NCBI GenBank assembly: GCA_003209375.1
Contig: QCRF01000005.1
Span: forward strand, 5,601-69,600
Source: Prochlorococcus sp. AG-459-N19
Lineage (GTDB): Bacteria > Cyanobacteriota > Cyanobacteriia > PCC-6307 > Cyanobiaceae
Length of the DNA: 64,000 nt
Reading direction: 5' to 3'
In this document: piece after piece, positions 20,484-31,663 of the stretch
How the letters are laid out: the number at the start of each line of letters is the position of its first letter
Numbering within the stretch: the first letter of the stretch is position 1
Notes under the pieces: model-generated
Seen by the model: the letters and a program-made list of their open reading frames with translations, nothing else
Databases searched by the model: none
Told to the model about the DNA's origin: nothing
Position numbers and translations under genes: made by a program

Positions 20484-21059
20484 ATGAAAAATTTATATTT
20501 AGCGAGTAAGAATAAAGGTAAAATCGAAGAATATAAGAAATTGCTTGCTGGAGTTTGTTGTAAATTATTACTCCAGCCGGAATCATTAGAAGTTGAAGAG
20601 GATGGACTGACATTTAGAGATAATGCAATTAAAAAAGCGAGTGAAGTTTCGAAAAAAACAAATAATTTCTCAATAGCAGATGATTCAGGAATTTGTATTG
20701 AAGCACTATATGGTAAGCCTGGCATTTATTCATCTAGATATGCAGAAAATGATCAGAAAAGAATTGAACGAGTTTTAAAAGAACTTGATGGAGTTCAAAA
20801 TAGAAGCGCTTTCTTTATTGCCAATATTTGTGTATGTTCCCCAAATGGTGAAGTGATTATTGAATCTGAGGCCAAATGTCATGGCAATATTATTTTAAAT
20901 CCGAGAGGAAAAAGTGGTTTTGGGTATGACCCAATTTTTGAGGAGAGTTCTACTAGATTAACTTTCGCTGAAATGAGTAATGATATTAAAGACTCTTGTA
21001 GTCATAGAGGTAAAGCATTAAAAAAAATTATTCCAGATTTAATTACAATTTTTTCTTAA
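20484..21059 (+). CDS. rdgB: Non-canonical purine NTP pyrophosphatase (HAM1 family)
   Basis: ASKNKGK, ADDSG, PGIYSSRY, GFGYDPIF, SHRGKA; ATG at 20484 avoids overlap with upstream gene. Confidence 0.94.
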   Translation: MKNLYLASKNKGKIEEYKKLLAGVCCKLLLQPESLEVEEDGLTFRDNAIKKASEVSKKTNNFSIADDSGICIEALYGKPGIYSSRYAENDQKRIERVLKELDGVQNRSAFFIANICVCSPNGEVIIESEAKCHGNIILNPRGKSGFGYDPIFEESSTRLTFAEMSNDIKDSCSHRGKALKKIIPDLITIFS

Positions 21060-21061
21060 AT

Positions 21062-22546
21062 TCAATTAACCCAAGATCCATGAAGGCCATGAGGAATTGA
21101 AATAGGTAATTCATAAACAGCTAATTCTTTTAAATCTTTTGCGTCTAATATCACTAGATCGCTTCCTCTTCTTTCTCCGTTCCATAGAAGTATAAATAAA
21201 AATCCCTCATCTTCTTTTGTAGAGTTTTCTGATGGAACCATAATTGGTTCACTTACGAATCCACTTGGACCTGCTGACCAAGAAATCTCTTCATTAGAAG
21301 TTAAATTTATTTTTTTTATTGCTTGAAGAGGAGCGTTCCCCAACTTTTGAGATGTGCTTGCCATCCAACTAAAAGTTGCTTTTAATCCTAAGTTTTTAGG
21401 ATTAACAACAGCGAATTCACAACATTGTTCACTTAAAGTTTCAAGATCACTAGTTTTTTTCTTTAGATCGATAATTGATCTTTTCAGTTTTCCTTCTGGA
21501 TATTTATCAAAGTCAATATCCCTAAAATTCTCGTCTGGACCAACTGATGGGAAATCATCATAAAAAATACTATCCAATACAATCTTGGAATCTTTTTCAA
21601 ATGCATTTACATGATGAAAAACGAATCCTTCCGGAGCATCTATTGTTAATGGTGGCTGACCTCTAAATAATCCACTTTCCCTGGGGATGATAAAAAACTT
21701 TGCCTTTTTATTTGGGTTTGACTTTAGACATTGTGCTGCTCCTCTTTGACCCATTACAAATGGGAGAGGATTAAAATCAATAGCATTCTGTAAAAATATT
21801 GCCCAATTAGTTGTAATTGCGAAATCATGTAGGAATGCAAAGCCATTAAATGTATCTTTTCTGTCGAAAATGAGTTCACCAGAATTTTTACCAGCATTAT
21901 TAAATTCCATTAATCTAATGGTACTTTTAGGCCCGGTTTGTACTCCAAAAGTTACTAAAAGTTCTGAAGATGCATTTGAGTTTAGGTCTGTTTTGGGATG
22001 GGCACTAAATGCTTCGTTAGGCTTGAGTACCCCTTTTAATGTTGTTAAACCAATAGTGTCAAGACTATCAGGATCCATTGCGTGTGGACCGGCTGCTTCC
22101 CATAATGCGAGAATTTCATCTCCTAATTTAATGACATGAGTATTAGCGATATTCTTGAATTTTAAATCTAATGCATTATTTAAAATTCCTCCATTTTTTT
22201 GTGTCCCAAAAACACCTCTATAAATAAATTTATTTATTTTTTCTTCTTCCAAGAAGCCTTTAGTTTTTACAAATCTATTTGTTAAGAACGGCTGGCCATT
22301 TTCGAATTTTATGGATGTTATCATTCCATCACCATCAAATGGATGATGAACCCATTGTCCACCTCTCTCTAATATTCCTGGCCCATTTCTTAATAATGTT
22401 CCATTCAAATTTTTTATATTATTACCTTTGCAAATTTTTAGAAGTTCCTTGGTAAGCTCCTTTTCTACATTTTGATAAGCACTTGACCAGTCTTCTTTAT
22501 TAAAACTTTTAGATTTAGCAATTTTTTTATCTTGTAAATTAGTCAC
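21062..22546 (-). CDS. Carotenoid oxygenase (RPE65/apocarotenoid cleavage family)
   Basis: RNGPG, HPFDGDG and four Fe-binding His motifs (SAHP, LHDF, FHH, GLHG). Confidence 0.93.
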   Translation of the reverse strand: MTNLQDKKIAKSKSFNKEDWSSAYQNVEKELTKELLKICKGNNIKNLNGTLLRNGPGILERGGQWVHHPFDGDGMITSIKFENGQPFLTNRFVKTKGFLEEEKINKFIYRGVFGTQKNGGILNNALDLKFKNIANTHVIKLGDEILALWEAAGPHAMDPDSLDTIGLTTLKGVLKPNEAFSAHPKTDLNSNASSELLVTFGVQTGPKSTIRLMEFNNAGKNSGELIFDRKDTFNGFAFLHDFAITTNWAIFLQNAIDFNPLPFVMGQRGAAQCLKSNPNKKAKFFIIPRESGLFRGQPPLTIDAPEGFVFHHVNAFEKDSKIVLDSIFYDDFPSVGPDENFRDIDFDKYPEGKLKRSIIDLKKKTSDLETLSEQCCEFAVVNPKNLGLKATFSWMASTSQKLGNAPLQAIKKINLTSNEEISWSAGPSGFVSEPIMVPSENSTKEDEGFLFILLWNGERRGSDLVILDAKDLKELAVYELPISIPHGLHGSWVN

Positions 22547-22618
22547 AATGAAATAATCACTTTATCTATCTTCGCCAAAAATCAACAGAATTGTGGCTGA
22601 TTCGAAAAAATTCCTATT

Positions 22619-23224
22619 TTATTGATTTTCTAGCATTCCTTTACTGCTTGGAATTGAATCAGATCTTCTTAGATCTATTTCGGTAGCCATTCTCAATGCT
22701 CGTGAAAAAGCTTTAAAACAAGCCTCAACTATGTGATGTGAATTATTACCTCTTATTTGATTAATATGCAGAGTAGTACCACTGTTATTTACAAAGGCAA
22801 TAAAAAACTCTTTTACTAATTCAGTATCATAATTACCAATTCTAGGAGCTTTTAATTGAAGATCATAAGATAGATGCGGTCTTCCAGAACAGTCTAAAGT
22901 CACTTGTACTAATGCTTCATCTAATGGGGCAAAGAAATGTCCAAATCTACTGATTCCTTTTCTTTCTCCCAAGGCTTTTGAAAATGCTTTGCCTAAAGCG
23001 ATTCCTACATCTTCATTTGTATGATGATCATCAATATGGGTATCTCCAATTGCTTTTATTTTTAAATCAAATAAACCATGACTGGATATTTGATTAAGCA
23101 TATGATCTAAGAATGGTATCCCAGTTTCAATCTCGGAAACCCCTTTCCCATCTAAGTTTATAAATACAGAAATATCTGTTTCATTAGTTTTTCTTTTTAT
23201 TTCAGATTGCCTTAGAGATGACAT
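22619..23224 (-). CDS. hisB: Imidazoleglycerol-phosphate dehydratase
   Basis: [36 protein letters not shown]; start at ATG 23224 (MSSLRQ). Confidence 0.97.
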   Translation of the reverse strand: MSSLRQSEIKRKTNETDISVFINLDGKGVSEIETGIPFLDHMLNQISSHGLFDLKIKAIGDTHIDDHHTNEDVGIALGKAFSKALGERKGISRFGHFFAPLDEALVQVTLDCSGRPHLSYDLQLKAPRIGNYDTELVKEFFIAFVNNSGTTLHINQIRGNNSHHIVEACFKAFSRALRMATEIDLRRSDSIPSSKGMLENQ

Positions 23225-23243
23225 TTTATGCAAAAAATTTAGT

Positions 23244-24026
23244 TTACATTCCATTAATGCAGTAACCCGCATCAACATAAATTGTTTGGCCTGAAATGCC
23301 GCTAGAAAGATCACTTAATAGAAAAGCAGCAGTATTACCTACTTCAGTTTGAGTGACTGTTCTGCGTAAAGGAGCCTTTTCTTCAACATTGTGAATCATA
23401 TCTAAAATGCCACCTATAGCAGAACTGGCAAGTGTTCTTATAGGTCCAGCACTTATTGCATTAACTCTGACTTGTTTTTCGGGCCCTAGTTCTGCAGAAA
23501 GATATCTTACTGAAGCTTCTAAAGCTGCTTTTGCAACTCCCATCACGTTGTAGTTAGGAATCGCCCTCTCTGATCCTAAATAAGTTAATGAAACAACACC
23601 AGCACCATCACTAAAAAGTGGTTTTGCTGCTTTACATAAAGGTGCTAAAGAATAAGCACTTATATTAAGAGCCCTATCAAAACCCTCTGAAGTGGTAGCA
23701 CTATAATCTCCAATCAATTCATCTCGTCCTGCAAATGCAAGGCAGTGAACTAAGCCATCAATTTGCCCCCAATTATCTTTTATATTTTTAAAGATTTCTT
23801 CAATTTGAGCTGGATTTTGAACATCAAGAGGCAAAAATAAAGATGGGTTTAAAGCTTCAGTTAGTTCTCTAACTTTAGATTCGAATCTTCCTTTATCATC
23901 AGGCAAATATGTGATTCCAAGTTCTGCGCCAGCTTTTGAAAGTTGTTGAGCGATACCCCATGCTATTGAACGATTGTTGGCAATTCCTGTAACAAGAATT
24001 TTTTTGCCAGTTAGATTTAGAAGCAT
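23244..24026 (-). CDS. fabI: Enoyl-ACP reductase
   Basis: [33 protein letters not shown]. Confidence 0.97.
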   Translation of the reverse strand: MLLNLTGKKILVTGIANNRSIAWGIAQQLSKAGAELGITYLPDDKGRFESKVRELTEALNPSLFLPLDVQNPAQIEEIFKNIKDNWGQIDGLVHCLAFAGRDELIGDYSATTSEGFDRALNISAYSLAPLCKAAKPLFSDGAGVVSLTYLGSERAIPNYNVMGVAKAALEASVRYLSAELGPEKQVRVNAISAGPIRTLASSAIGGILDMIHNVEEKAPLRRTVTQTEVGNTAAFLLSDLSSGISGQTIYVDAGYCINGM

Positions 24027-24131
24027 TTTGTTTATTATTTCTATTATTCTCCTATATAAAAGTACCTATCTTTACGGATTACTGCAAAATATACAATAAT
24101 TTTCAAATATCAAAGAATATTTAACTAGAAA

Positions 24132-24725
24132 ATGGTCAGAACAAATTCTATGGTTTTGGAATTAGGTTTTCAATTACCTAATTTCCAAATGTTAAATGCT
24201 AATTCCCCAAATAATCAATATTTTAATTCTCATAATCTAGATAATCGGCATTTACTTTTAATGTTTATTTGTGCCCATTGCCCATTTGTTAAATATATTG
24301 AGAATCAAATTTTTATCTTAAGTAAAGAAATTGAAAATTCAGTTCAAACGGTTGCAATTTCAAGTAATGATATTATTACTCATCCTTCAGATTCTCCTAA
24401 AAATTTGAGATTACAAGCACAATCACAGGGATGGAGTTTTCCTTATCTATATGATGAAAATCAAAATTTTGCTAAGGAATTAAAAGCGGCTTGCACCCCA
24501 GATTTTTATCTTTTTTCAAATAAAGGAGATGGAGATTTTTTATTGTTTTATCATGGCCAATTAGACAATAGTAGACCAGGTAATAATATCCCTCTGTCTG
24601 GAAAAGATTTGCGCGCTGCTTTAAGAGATTTAAATCAAGATAATTCTTATCCTTCAAATCAGATGCCCTCTTTAGGTTGCAATATTAAATGGACGCCTGG
24701 TAAAGAACCGAGTTGGTTTAAATGA
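24132..24725 (+). CDS. Thioredoxin-fold (AhpC/TSA, peroxiredoxin-like) protein
   Basis: FICAHCPFV, AACTPDF, GCNIKW. Confidence 0.9.
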   Translation: MVRTNSMVLELGFQLPNFQMLNANSPNNQYFNSHNLDNRHLLLMFICAHCPFVKYIENQIFILSKEIENSVQTVAISSNDIITHPSDSPKNLRLQAQSQGWSFPYLYDENQNFAKELKAACTPDFYLFSNKGDGDFLLFYHGQLDNSRPGNNIPLSGKDLRAALRDLNQDNSYPSNQMPSLGCNIKWTPGKEPSWFK

Positions 24726-24778
24726 ATTAAAATGTTTTTTTACCCATAGAAATATGGTTTAGGGTTAATATATTCACT

Positions 24779-25984
24779 ATGCAGATACCTCCATTTACTC
24801 TAAATAGGCAGTACCAAGAAATTGGCTCTGAAATTGAGAGTGAGGTTTCTAAAGTTTTAAAAGAAGGCCAGTATATTGGAGGACAAGAGGTTTCCAAATT
24901 TGAGGAGAGTTTTTCTAATCTGATTGGTGTTGGAAATACTATTGGATGTAACAGTGGAACTGATGCTTTAGTGTTGGCTTTGCGCGCATTAGATATTGGT
25001 GTGGGTGACGAAGTTATCACCTCATCTTTTAGCTTTTTTGCAACTGCAGAGGCTATTAGTGCAGTTGGTGCTAATCCCATTTTGGTAGATATAGATCCTG
25101 AAACTTATTTAATAAATACTGAACTAATAGAACAAGAAATAAATTCTAATACCAAGGCAATTATGCCAGTTCATCTATTTGGGAATGCAGTGAATATGAC
25201 GTTAATAAAATCATTGGCCGATAAATATGACTTAAAAGTAATCGAAGATTGTGCACAGGCAACATGCACAATGTGGGAAAATTCCAAAGTTGGTAGTATC
25301 GGTGATATAGGTTGTTTTAGCTTTTTCCCTACTAAGAATTTAGGAGCTGCTGGTGACGGTGGAGCAGTGACAACATCTGATGAGAAGATTGCCAAAAAAA
25401 TAAGAGAACTGGCTGTTCATGGTAGTCCAATAAGATATCACCATACTCAAATTGGATATAACAGCAGACTTGATACCATTCAAGCTTCCATATTAAATAT
25501 CAAAATTAAATATATTTCTAAGTGGATTAATAATCGTCAAAAGATCGCTAATAATTATCTTGATTTATTAGAAAAAAATCCATTTATTAGTTTTCCAAAA
25601 ATTAGCTCTGATTCAATTTCCCATTCTTGGAATCAATTTGTCATCAAATTAAGAAACGATAAATATTTTTTAAATCAAGATTTTTCAAATTTATTTGATA
25701 CTGATTGCAAAAAATACTATTCCTTAAGGAATTTGGTAAAACAACAACTTTTTGAAAAAGGTATTAACTCAATTATTTATTACCCAATACCAATACATGC
25801 TCAAATGGCTTATAAAAATAAAAATTTTTCTAGAACAAAACTTACCAATACAGAGAGGATTTGTACTGAAGTTCTTAGCCTTCCAATGTTTCCTGAAATT
25901 TCTTATGAGGAGCAAGTTTATGTAGCTGAAAATTTAAATAAAGTTTTAAAGAAATGTATAGAGGAAATTCAAATTTCTGCATAA
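24779..25984 (+). CDS. DegT/DnrJ/EryC1/StrS PLP-dependent aminotransferase
   Basis: NSGTDAL, EDCAQA, FSFFPTKNLG, GYNSRLD. Confidence 0.93.
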   Translation: MQIPPFTLNRQYQEIGSEIESEVSKVLKEGQYIGGQEVSKFEESFSNLIGVGNTIGCNSGTDALVLALRALDIGVGDEVITSSFSFFATAEAISAVGANPILVDIDPETYLINTELIEQEINSNTKAIMPVHLFGNAVNMTLIKSLADKYDLKVIEDCAQATCTMWENSKVGSIGDIGCFSFFPTKNLGAAGDGGAVTTSDEKIAKKIRELAVHGSPIRYHHTQIGYNSRLDTIQASILNIKIKYISKWINNRQKIANNYLDLLEKNPFISFPKISSDSISHSWNQFVIKLRNDKYFLNQDFSNLFDTDCKKYYSLRNLVKQQLFEKGINSIIYYPIPIHAQMAYKNKNFSRTKLTNTERICTEVLSLPMFPEISYEEQVYVAENLNKVLKKCIEEIQISA

Positions 25985-27405
25985 AGTGATTTAAATAATC
26001 TTTGTTGTATGTTGTGATTGACAATAGGGCTTGAATAATTATTTTTTTCTAAATTAGATATCTCCACATTTAATAGGTCTGAATTTGAAACTTTAGATAA
26101 TTCAGGAATCCAAGATTTGATATATTCGCAAATAGGATCAAATTTTTTTGCTTGGGTATATGGATTAAAAATTCTAAGTGGTTTTGGGTCCATACCGCTA
26201 CTGGCGCTCCACTGCCATCCCCCATTATTTGCAGCTAAGTCTCCATCAACCAAAGTCTCCATAAATTTTTTCTCTCCCATTTGCCAATTGCACATAAGAT
26301 CTTTTACCAGAAATGAAGCGACTATCATGCGACATCTGTTATGCATCCAGCCAGTACTATTTAGTTGACGCATTGCAGCATCAACTATAGGTACTCCAGT
26401 CTCTCCGTTGCTCCAATGTTGAAACCATTCATTATTGTTTTGCCACGGAAATTTATTCCATTTTTTTCTATATGGACCTTTCTCTAATTCTGGGAAATGG
26501 AATAAGCAATGTTGATAAAATTCTCGCCAAATAAGTTCTTTTTGCCAAGTTTCAATTGATAGGTAATTTTCTTGATTTTCAAAGTCTGAATTTAAATTTA
26601 ATGTGGCGTTCCAAACTTTTCTAATGCTGATGGTGCCGAATCTGAGAGATGCACTTAGAAAAGATGTCCCATTTTGAGAAGGAAAATCTCTTGCAGAATT
26701 ATATAAATATATTTTTTTTTCATTAATGAAGTTTTCTAATAATTTTTCTGCAGCATTCTCTCCAGGTCTACATGGACAAATATTCGAACCATTAAATTTG
26801 ATATTTTTTAGAAATTTCTTTAGAACTGAATCAGATGAATTTATTTTCTTATTTTCTTTGAGTTTATTATCTATATCTTTAAACTGGAAAATAACTTTAT
26901 CTTGATTATATAAACCTAATAAATTCATTTTTGCTTTAAGGTTTTTATAAAAAGGTCCATAAACTGAATAAGGTTTATTATTCCCGGAAAATATTTTTAT
27001 AGGTTCTACTAATAAGTGATCCCAAGTTTCAATAACTTGAATATTTTGTTCTTTTAAAATTTTTTTTAATTGTAAATCTCGATTAATTTCATAAGGTTCA
27101 ATTGATTTATTCCAAAAAACAAATTTAGCATCTATTGTCTTTGCTAATTGAGGAATTTTTAATACCGGATCTCCTTCTTCTATAAGGAGTCTACTGCCCA
27201 TTTTTTTCCAATTATTTCCTAATTCTTGAAGCGAATTTCCTAGAAACCAAGCTCTCGAATTGGCATTGAAATCGTGTGAGTAATTTTGATCTAATATGTA
27301 AATTGAAGTAATGGCATTTGATAAAGAAAATGCTTTGATTAAAGCTTGATTATCAAATATTCTTAGATCCTTTCTATGCCAAAAAAGAATTCTAGGTTTA
27401 TTCAT
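25969..27405 (-). CDS. phrB: DNA photolyase (class I CPD type)
   Basis: WHRKDLRIFDN, WREFY, GETGVPIVDAAMRQL, WMHNRCRM, DGDLAANNGGWQW, RIFNP. Confidence 0.93.
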   Translation of the reverse strand: MNKPRILFWHRKDLRIFDNQALIKAFSLSNAITSIYILDQNYSHDFNANSRAWFLGNSLQELGNNWKKMGSRLLIEEGDPVLKIPQLAKTIDAKFVFWNKSIEPYEINRDLQLKKILKEQNIQVIETWDHLLVEPIKIFSGNNKPYSVYGPFYKNLKAKMNLLGLYNQDKVIFQFKDIDNKLKENKKINSSDSVLKKFLKNIKFNGSNICPCRPGENAAEKLLENFINEKKIYLYNSARDFPSQNGTSFLSASLRFGTISIRKVWNATLNLNSDFENQENYLSIETWQKELIWREFYQHCLFHFPELEKGPYRKKWNKFPWQNNNEWFQHWSNGETGVPIVDAAMRQLNSTGWMHNRCRMIVASFLVKDLMCNWQMGEKKFMETLVDGDLAANNGGWQWSASSGMDPKPLRIFNPYTQAKKFDPICEYIKSWIPELSKVSNSDLLNVEISNLEKNNYSSPIVNHNIQQRLFKSLYAEI

Positions 27406-27965
27406 AATTTATCTAAGAATTGTTTAGCTCTAAACCAAGCGGTCACAGTTTTTGCATCAAGGATTTCATCCCCACTAGAAATAAGATTATCTATTTCGTT
27501 CGGATCTAAAATTAATACTTTTATATCTTCATCTAAATCTCCTTTAACCTCGGAATTTAGTTTGCTCAAATCACGTGCTAAAAATAAATAGATTTCTTCA
27601 TCTGCATAACCAGGAGCAGGCACAAGAGTTCCTAATTCATCCCATTTTTTTGCGCTGAATCCAGTCTCTTCTTGTATCTCTCTTTGAATTGATTTAATAG
27701 GTGTTTCACCTATTTCTAATGTACCTGCTGGAAATTCTAATAAATATCTTGAGACAGCAAATCTATATTGCCGCAGAATTATAACTTTATTATCTATTGT
27801 GATAGGTACGGCTAATGCTGCGCCAGGATGCTTAATGTATCCATATTCACCTTCATGTCCATTTGGAAGCTCAATTCTATTAATTTCAAAACTAAATTTT
27901 TTTGACTTTAACTCAGCTATTTTTTCTTTAAAAATGGATCTTTTTATAAGATTTTTGTTGACCAT
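27402..27965 (-). CDS. NUDIX hydrolase (ADP-ribose pyrophosphatase-like)
   Basis: Nudix box GTLEIGETPIKSIQREIQEETG; QYRF, EFPAG. Confidence 0.92.
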   Translation of the reverse strand: MVNKNLIKRSIFKEKIAELKSKKFSFEINRIELPNGHEGEYGYIKHPGAALAVPITIDNKVIILRQYRFAVSRYLLEFPAGTLEIGETPIKSIQREIQEETGFSAKKWDELGTLVPAPGYADEEIYLFLARDLSKLNSEVKGDLDEDIKVLILDPNEIDNLISSGDEILDAKTVTAWFRAKQFLDKL

Positions 27966-28012
27966 AATTTTTAAATAAAAATAGCCTAACAGTTATTTTT
28001 TCGTTTTGTAAA

Positions 28013-28591
28013 TCATTTAATAGACCATTTTGGGTCATCAAACTTTTTGATTTTTTGGGTTCTACTTAAGATTTCGGATAGTGGCGTAATAACGAAATTT
28101 CGATTCATGAATCTAGGATGAGGTAATGTTAATTCCTCATCAACGGTATGAAAATCTTCCCACCAAAGAATATCTAAATCGAGACATCTTGATAACCATT
28201 TCTTACCCTTTGGCGTCTTTTCTCTTCCGAAAAATCTCTCTAGCTCTTTTAATTTTTTTAAAAGTAATTTCGCTTTTTTGTTTGAAGGTTTTGGAAAAGA
28301 ATTACTTTTTATAAGCAATAGAGTATTTAAATAATTTGGCTGCTCTTTTTCAACTCCATGAGGTAATGTCTCATAAATTGAAGACCAAAAAAAGGTTGCA
28401 TGAAATTTTCTTTTCTCTTCTTTTTGTTTTTTGTAATTATCTCCCCATTCATTTATTATTTCTTCTATTTTTGGTTTGCATATTAATAGTGACTCAAGAG
28501 GGCTTCCGAATTTACTATCAATATTTGCTCCGAGGGATATACATAGTCCATTTTTGATATTAAGATTTGATAATTCCACTACAAAAAACAA
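28013..28591 (-). CDS. folK: 6-hydroxymethyl-7,8-dihydropterin pyrophosphokinase
   Basis: [28 protein letters not shown]. Confidence 0.92.
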   Translation of the reverse strand: MFFVVELSNLNIKNGLCISLGANIDSKFGSPLESLLICKPKIEEIINEWGDNYKKQKEEKRKFHATFFWSSIYETLPHGVEKEQPNYLNTLLLIKSNSFPKPSNKKAKLLLKKLKELERFFGREKTPKGKKWLSRCLDLDILWWEDFHTVDEELTLPHPRFMNRNFVITPLSEILSRTQKIKKFDDPKWSIK

Positions 28592-28627
28592 AGTTATTGG
28601 ATAAATTCTATATCAGGCATTTTTAAA

Positions 28628-30805
28628 GTGATTTTGAATTCCGAGTTACAAGAAAAAGAAGAAATAAAAGATTTAATGAAGTCAAAGGATTCTTTTAGAG
28701 CTTTCCCTTTGGCGGCAATTACAGGTCATAGTTTATTGAAGTTATCTTTACTTTTGGCAGCAGTTGATCCCAGTTTAGGAGGAGTTATTATCGCTGGTGG
28801 AAGAGGTACTGGTAAGTCAGTATTAGCTAGGGGTTTGCATACTTTACTCCCTCCTATAGAGGTATTAGATAATGAATCAATACTGGAAAAGCTAACTAAG
28901 AGAAATAGTAATACTGCATTGAGACCTATTGGTAGGAATCTAGATCCAGATAAACCAGAGGAATGGGATATTAGTACTAATAAATTGTTGGAGGAGGTAA
29001 TTGGAAGTGATTATTTGAATCAAATTGAAGATATTCCGAAAAAAGTAAGAGAGGCTCCATTTATTCAAGTTCCCATTGGCATAACTGAAGACAGGCTTGT
29101 TGGATCAATTGACGTCGCTGCATCATTAAGTACGGGCGAACAAGTTTTTCAACCTGGAATTTTAGCAGAGGCTCATAGAGGTGTTCTTTACGTAGACGAC
29201 ATAAATTTATTGGATGATGGCATTGTAAATTTAATTCTTGAAGCCACAGGAAGAGAGAAAAATAATATTGAAAGAGATGGTTTAAGCCTTTCTCATCCTT
29301 GTAAGTCACTTTTAATAGCAACTTATAATCCTGAAGAAGGTGCTATAAGAGATCATGCTTTAGATCGTTTTGCGATTGTGCTTTCCGCAGATCAATCTAT
29401 AGATAATGCTCAAAGAGTTGAGATTACAAAATCTGTTTTATCACACGCAGAGAATAATATTAAATTTTCAGAAAAATGGTCGGAAGAATCCGATAATTTA
29501 TCCACTCAATTAATTTTAGCAAGGCAATGGTTAAAGGATGTCAAGATAACAAAAGAGCAAATAACCTATTTAGTGAATGAAGCTCTTAGAGGAGGAGTAG
29601 AAGGGCATAGGTCAGAATTATTTGCAGTAAAAGTAGCAAAGGCTAATGCAGCTCTTCGAGGCGATGAGAATGTAAATTCTGAAGATCTAAAAGTCGCAGT
29701 AAGGTTAGTTATTCTTCCACGAGCAATGCAAATTCCTCCAGAAGATGATGATATTCAACCACCCCCTCCAGAGGATCAGAGTCCACCACCTCCGCCTCAA
29801 TCAAACAATGAAGAGTCTGAACCTGAGACTAATGAACAAGAACAAGAACAAGAACAAGAACAAGAAGAAGATAATTCTGATGGAGAAGAAGAATCTACTC
29901 CCGAGATACCTGAAGAATTTATATTAGATCCTGAGGCATGTATGGTTGATCCTGATCTATTGCTTTTTTCATCAGCTAAAGCAAAAGCAGGAAATAGTGG
30001 AAGTAGATCAGTGATATTTAGTGATAGTAGAGGAAGGTATGTGAAACCTATAATCCCAAGAGGTAAAGTAAAAAGAATTGCAGTAGATGCGACTTTGCGA
30101 GCTGCAGCTCCTTATCAAAAATCACGAAGATTAAGGAATCCTAATAAATCAATAATCATAGAAGAAAATGATTTTAGGGCTAAACTTCTTCAAAAAAAGG
30201 CGGGTGCTTTAGTCATTTTTCTTGTTGATGCTAGTGGTTCTATGGCTCTTAATAGAATGCAAAGTGCTAAAGGTGCAGTTATAAGACTTTTGACCGAGGC
30301 ATATGAGAATAGAGATGAAGTTGCACTAATTCCCTTTAGAGGTAATCAGGCAGAAGTTCTTTTACCTCCAACAAGATCAATAACGGCAGCGAAAAGAAGG
30401 CTAGAAACAATGCCCTGCGGAGGTGGATCGCCTTTAGCGCATGGACTAACGCAATCAGCAAAAGTAGCAAAAAATTCCCTCTCTACTGGAGATATAGGTC
30501 AAGTTATTGTTGTTGGAATTACCGATGGAAGAGGAAATGTCCCATTAGGATTATCTCTAGGTCAAAATGAGGTTGAAGAAAACGAAAATACAAATGCAAA
30601 TTTAAAGCAAGAGGTTCTCGACATTGCAGCAAAATATCCCATGCTTGGGATAAAACTTTTGATAATTGATACAGAAAGAAAATTTATTGCAAGTGGATTT
30701 GGTAAAGAATTAGCAGAGGCAGCTCAAGGGAAATATGTTCAACTGCCAAAAGCTACAGATAAAGCAATCGCAGCTATGGCTTTAAATGCTATAAATGAAT
30801 TTTAA
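28628..30805 (+). CDS. chlD: Magnesium chelatase subunit D
   Basis: AAA+ domain (GRGTGKS, TEDRLVG), Pro/acidic linker, VWA MIDAS DASGS. Confidence 0.97.
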   Translation: MILNSELQEKEEIKDLMKSKDSFRAFPLAAITGHSLLKLSLLLAAVDPSLGGVIIAGGRGTGKSVLARGLHTLLPPIEVLDNESILEKLTKRNSNTALRPIGRNLDPDKPEEWDISTNKLLEEVIGSDYLNQIEDIPKKVREAPFIQVPIGITEDRLVGSIDVAASLSTGEQVFQPGILAEAHRGVLYVDDINLLDDGIVNLILEATGREKNNIERDGLSLSHPCKSLLIATYNPEEGAIRDHALDRFAIVLSADQSIDNAQRVEITKSVLSHAENNIKFSEKWSEESDNLSTQLILARQWLKDVKITKEQITYLVNEALRGGVEGHRSELFAVKVAKANAALRGDENVNSEDLKVAVRLVILPRAMQIPPEDDDIQPPPPEDQSPPPPPQSNNEESEPETNEQEQEQEQEQEEDNSDGEEESTPEIPEEFILDPEACMVDPDLLLFSSAKAKAGNSGSRSVIFSDSRGRYVKPIIPRGKVKRIAVDATLRAAAPYQKSRRLRNPNKSIIIEENDFRAKLLQKKAGALVIFLVDASGSMALNRMQSAKGAVIRLLTEAYENRDEVALIPFRGNQAEVLLPPTRSITAAKRRLETMPCGGGSPLAHGLTQSAKVAKNSLSTGDIGQVIVVGITDGRGNVPLGLSLGQNEVEENENTNANLKQEVLDIAAKYPMLGIKLLIIDTERKFIASGFGKELAEAAQGKYVQLPKATDKAIAAMALNAINEF
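29834..29863 (+). repeat. (GAACAA)5 tandem repeat in chlD linker
   Basis: Five perfect 6-bp units encoding [10 protein letters not shown]. Confidence 0.95.
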
Positions 30806-30812
30806 GCATTTC

Positions 30813-31658
30813 TCATGGATAAATTTCGTTAAGGAATTTTGAAAGTCCAATCGTTAAATCTCTTATAGATTTAGTTAATTCTTTATCTTGTGTTAATTTT
30901 TTAAAATCATCGCTCATATCATCTATTTTGGTTGAAATAGACCTAGCAGCATTAATTGTCAATTTGATATCATTTAAGGTTTCTTTGTCGTCAATAGTAG
31001 ACAAAATGTTATTTAAATGATTCGCAGCAATTGTAATTTCTTTTATTAGAGGTTCAACTCTTTCTATTTCTTTTTTCGATAAATAAATTAATTCATCAAG
31101 ATTTTCTTGTGTTTTGTCAAATTGATCAATTGAGTTGAGGATGTTCTCAATTAAGTTTTCTTGATTTGTTTCTTTTAAAAGTTGGCTTATTCTATTTGTT
31201 ATATTTGAAAGACTTGATAATTGTTTACCTGTGATAGTGTCTCCCTGACAAATAATTAATTTGGTATCGCATTTTTCGGATATAGGTTGTGCTATGTTTT
31301 TAGGAATTGTCTTGTCACTAGTTTCTAAAGCAACTTGTACATCTCCTCCAAGGAAAGAATTTGTAACTACCCTTGCAAAGGCTGGCCTTGGAAGAATAAT
31401 TTCAGGATTATTTAAAACTATTTTTGCTTTAATTGATTCATTCGTGAACAATATATCTTCTATCGATCCAACTAAGATTCCTCTATAGGTAACTGGAGAT
31501 TTTTTTGATAAACCGCTAGCGTTATTGAATTCAGCAAAGAGGTACCAATTTTTTGAGGATAATCTTACTCCTCTCAGCCAAAAAGAAAAAAAAGTGAATA
31601 TTAAAATGCCTCCTAATAAGGAAAAACCAACAATTGAATCTCGTAAGGTTCTACGCAT
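30813..31658 (-). CDS. MlaD/Mce family lipid transport protein (Ycf22/TGD2-like)
   Basis: N-terminal TM, F.NASGL....PVTYRGILVG MCE motif, helical C-terminus. Confidence 0.9.
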   Translation of the reverse strand: MRRTLRDSIVGFSLLGGILIFTFFSFWLRGVRLSSKNWYLFAEFNNASGLSKKSPVTYRGILVGSIEDILFTNESIKAKIVLNNPEIILPRPAFARVVTNSFLGGDVQVALETSDKTIPKNIAQPISEKCDTKLIICQGDTITGKQLSSLSNITNRISQLLKETNQENLIENILNSIDQFDKTQENLDELIYLSKKEIERVEPLIKEITIAANHLNNILSTIDDKETLNDIKLTINAARSISTKIDDMSDDFKKLTQDKELTKSIRDLTIGLSKFLNEIYP

Positions 31659-31663
31659 AATTT

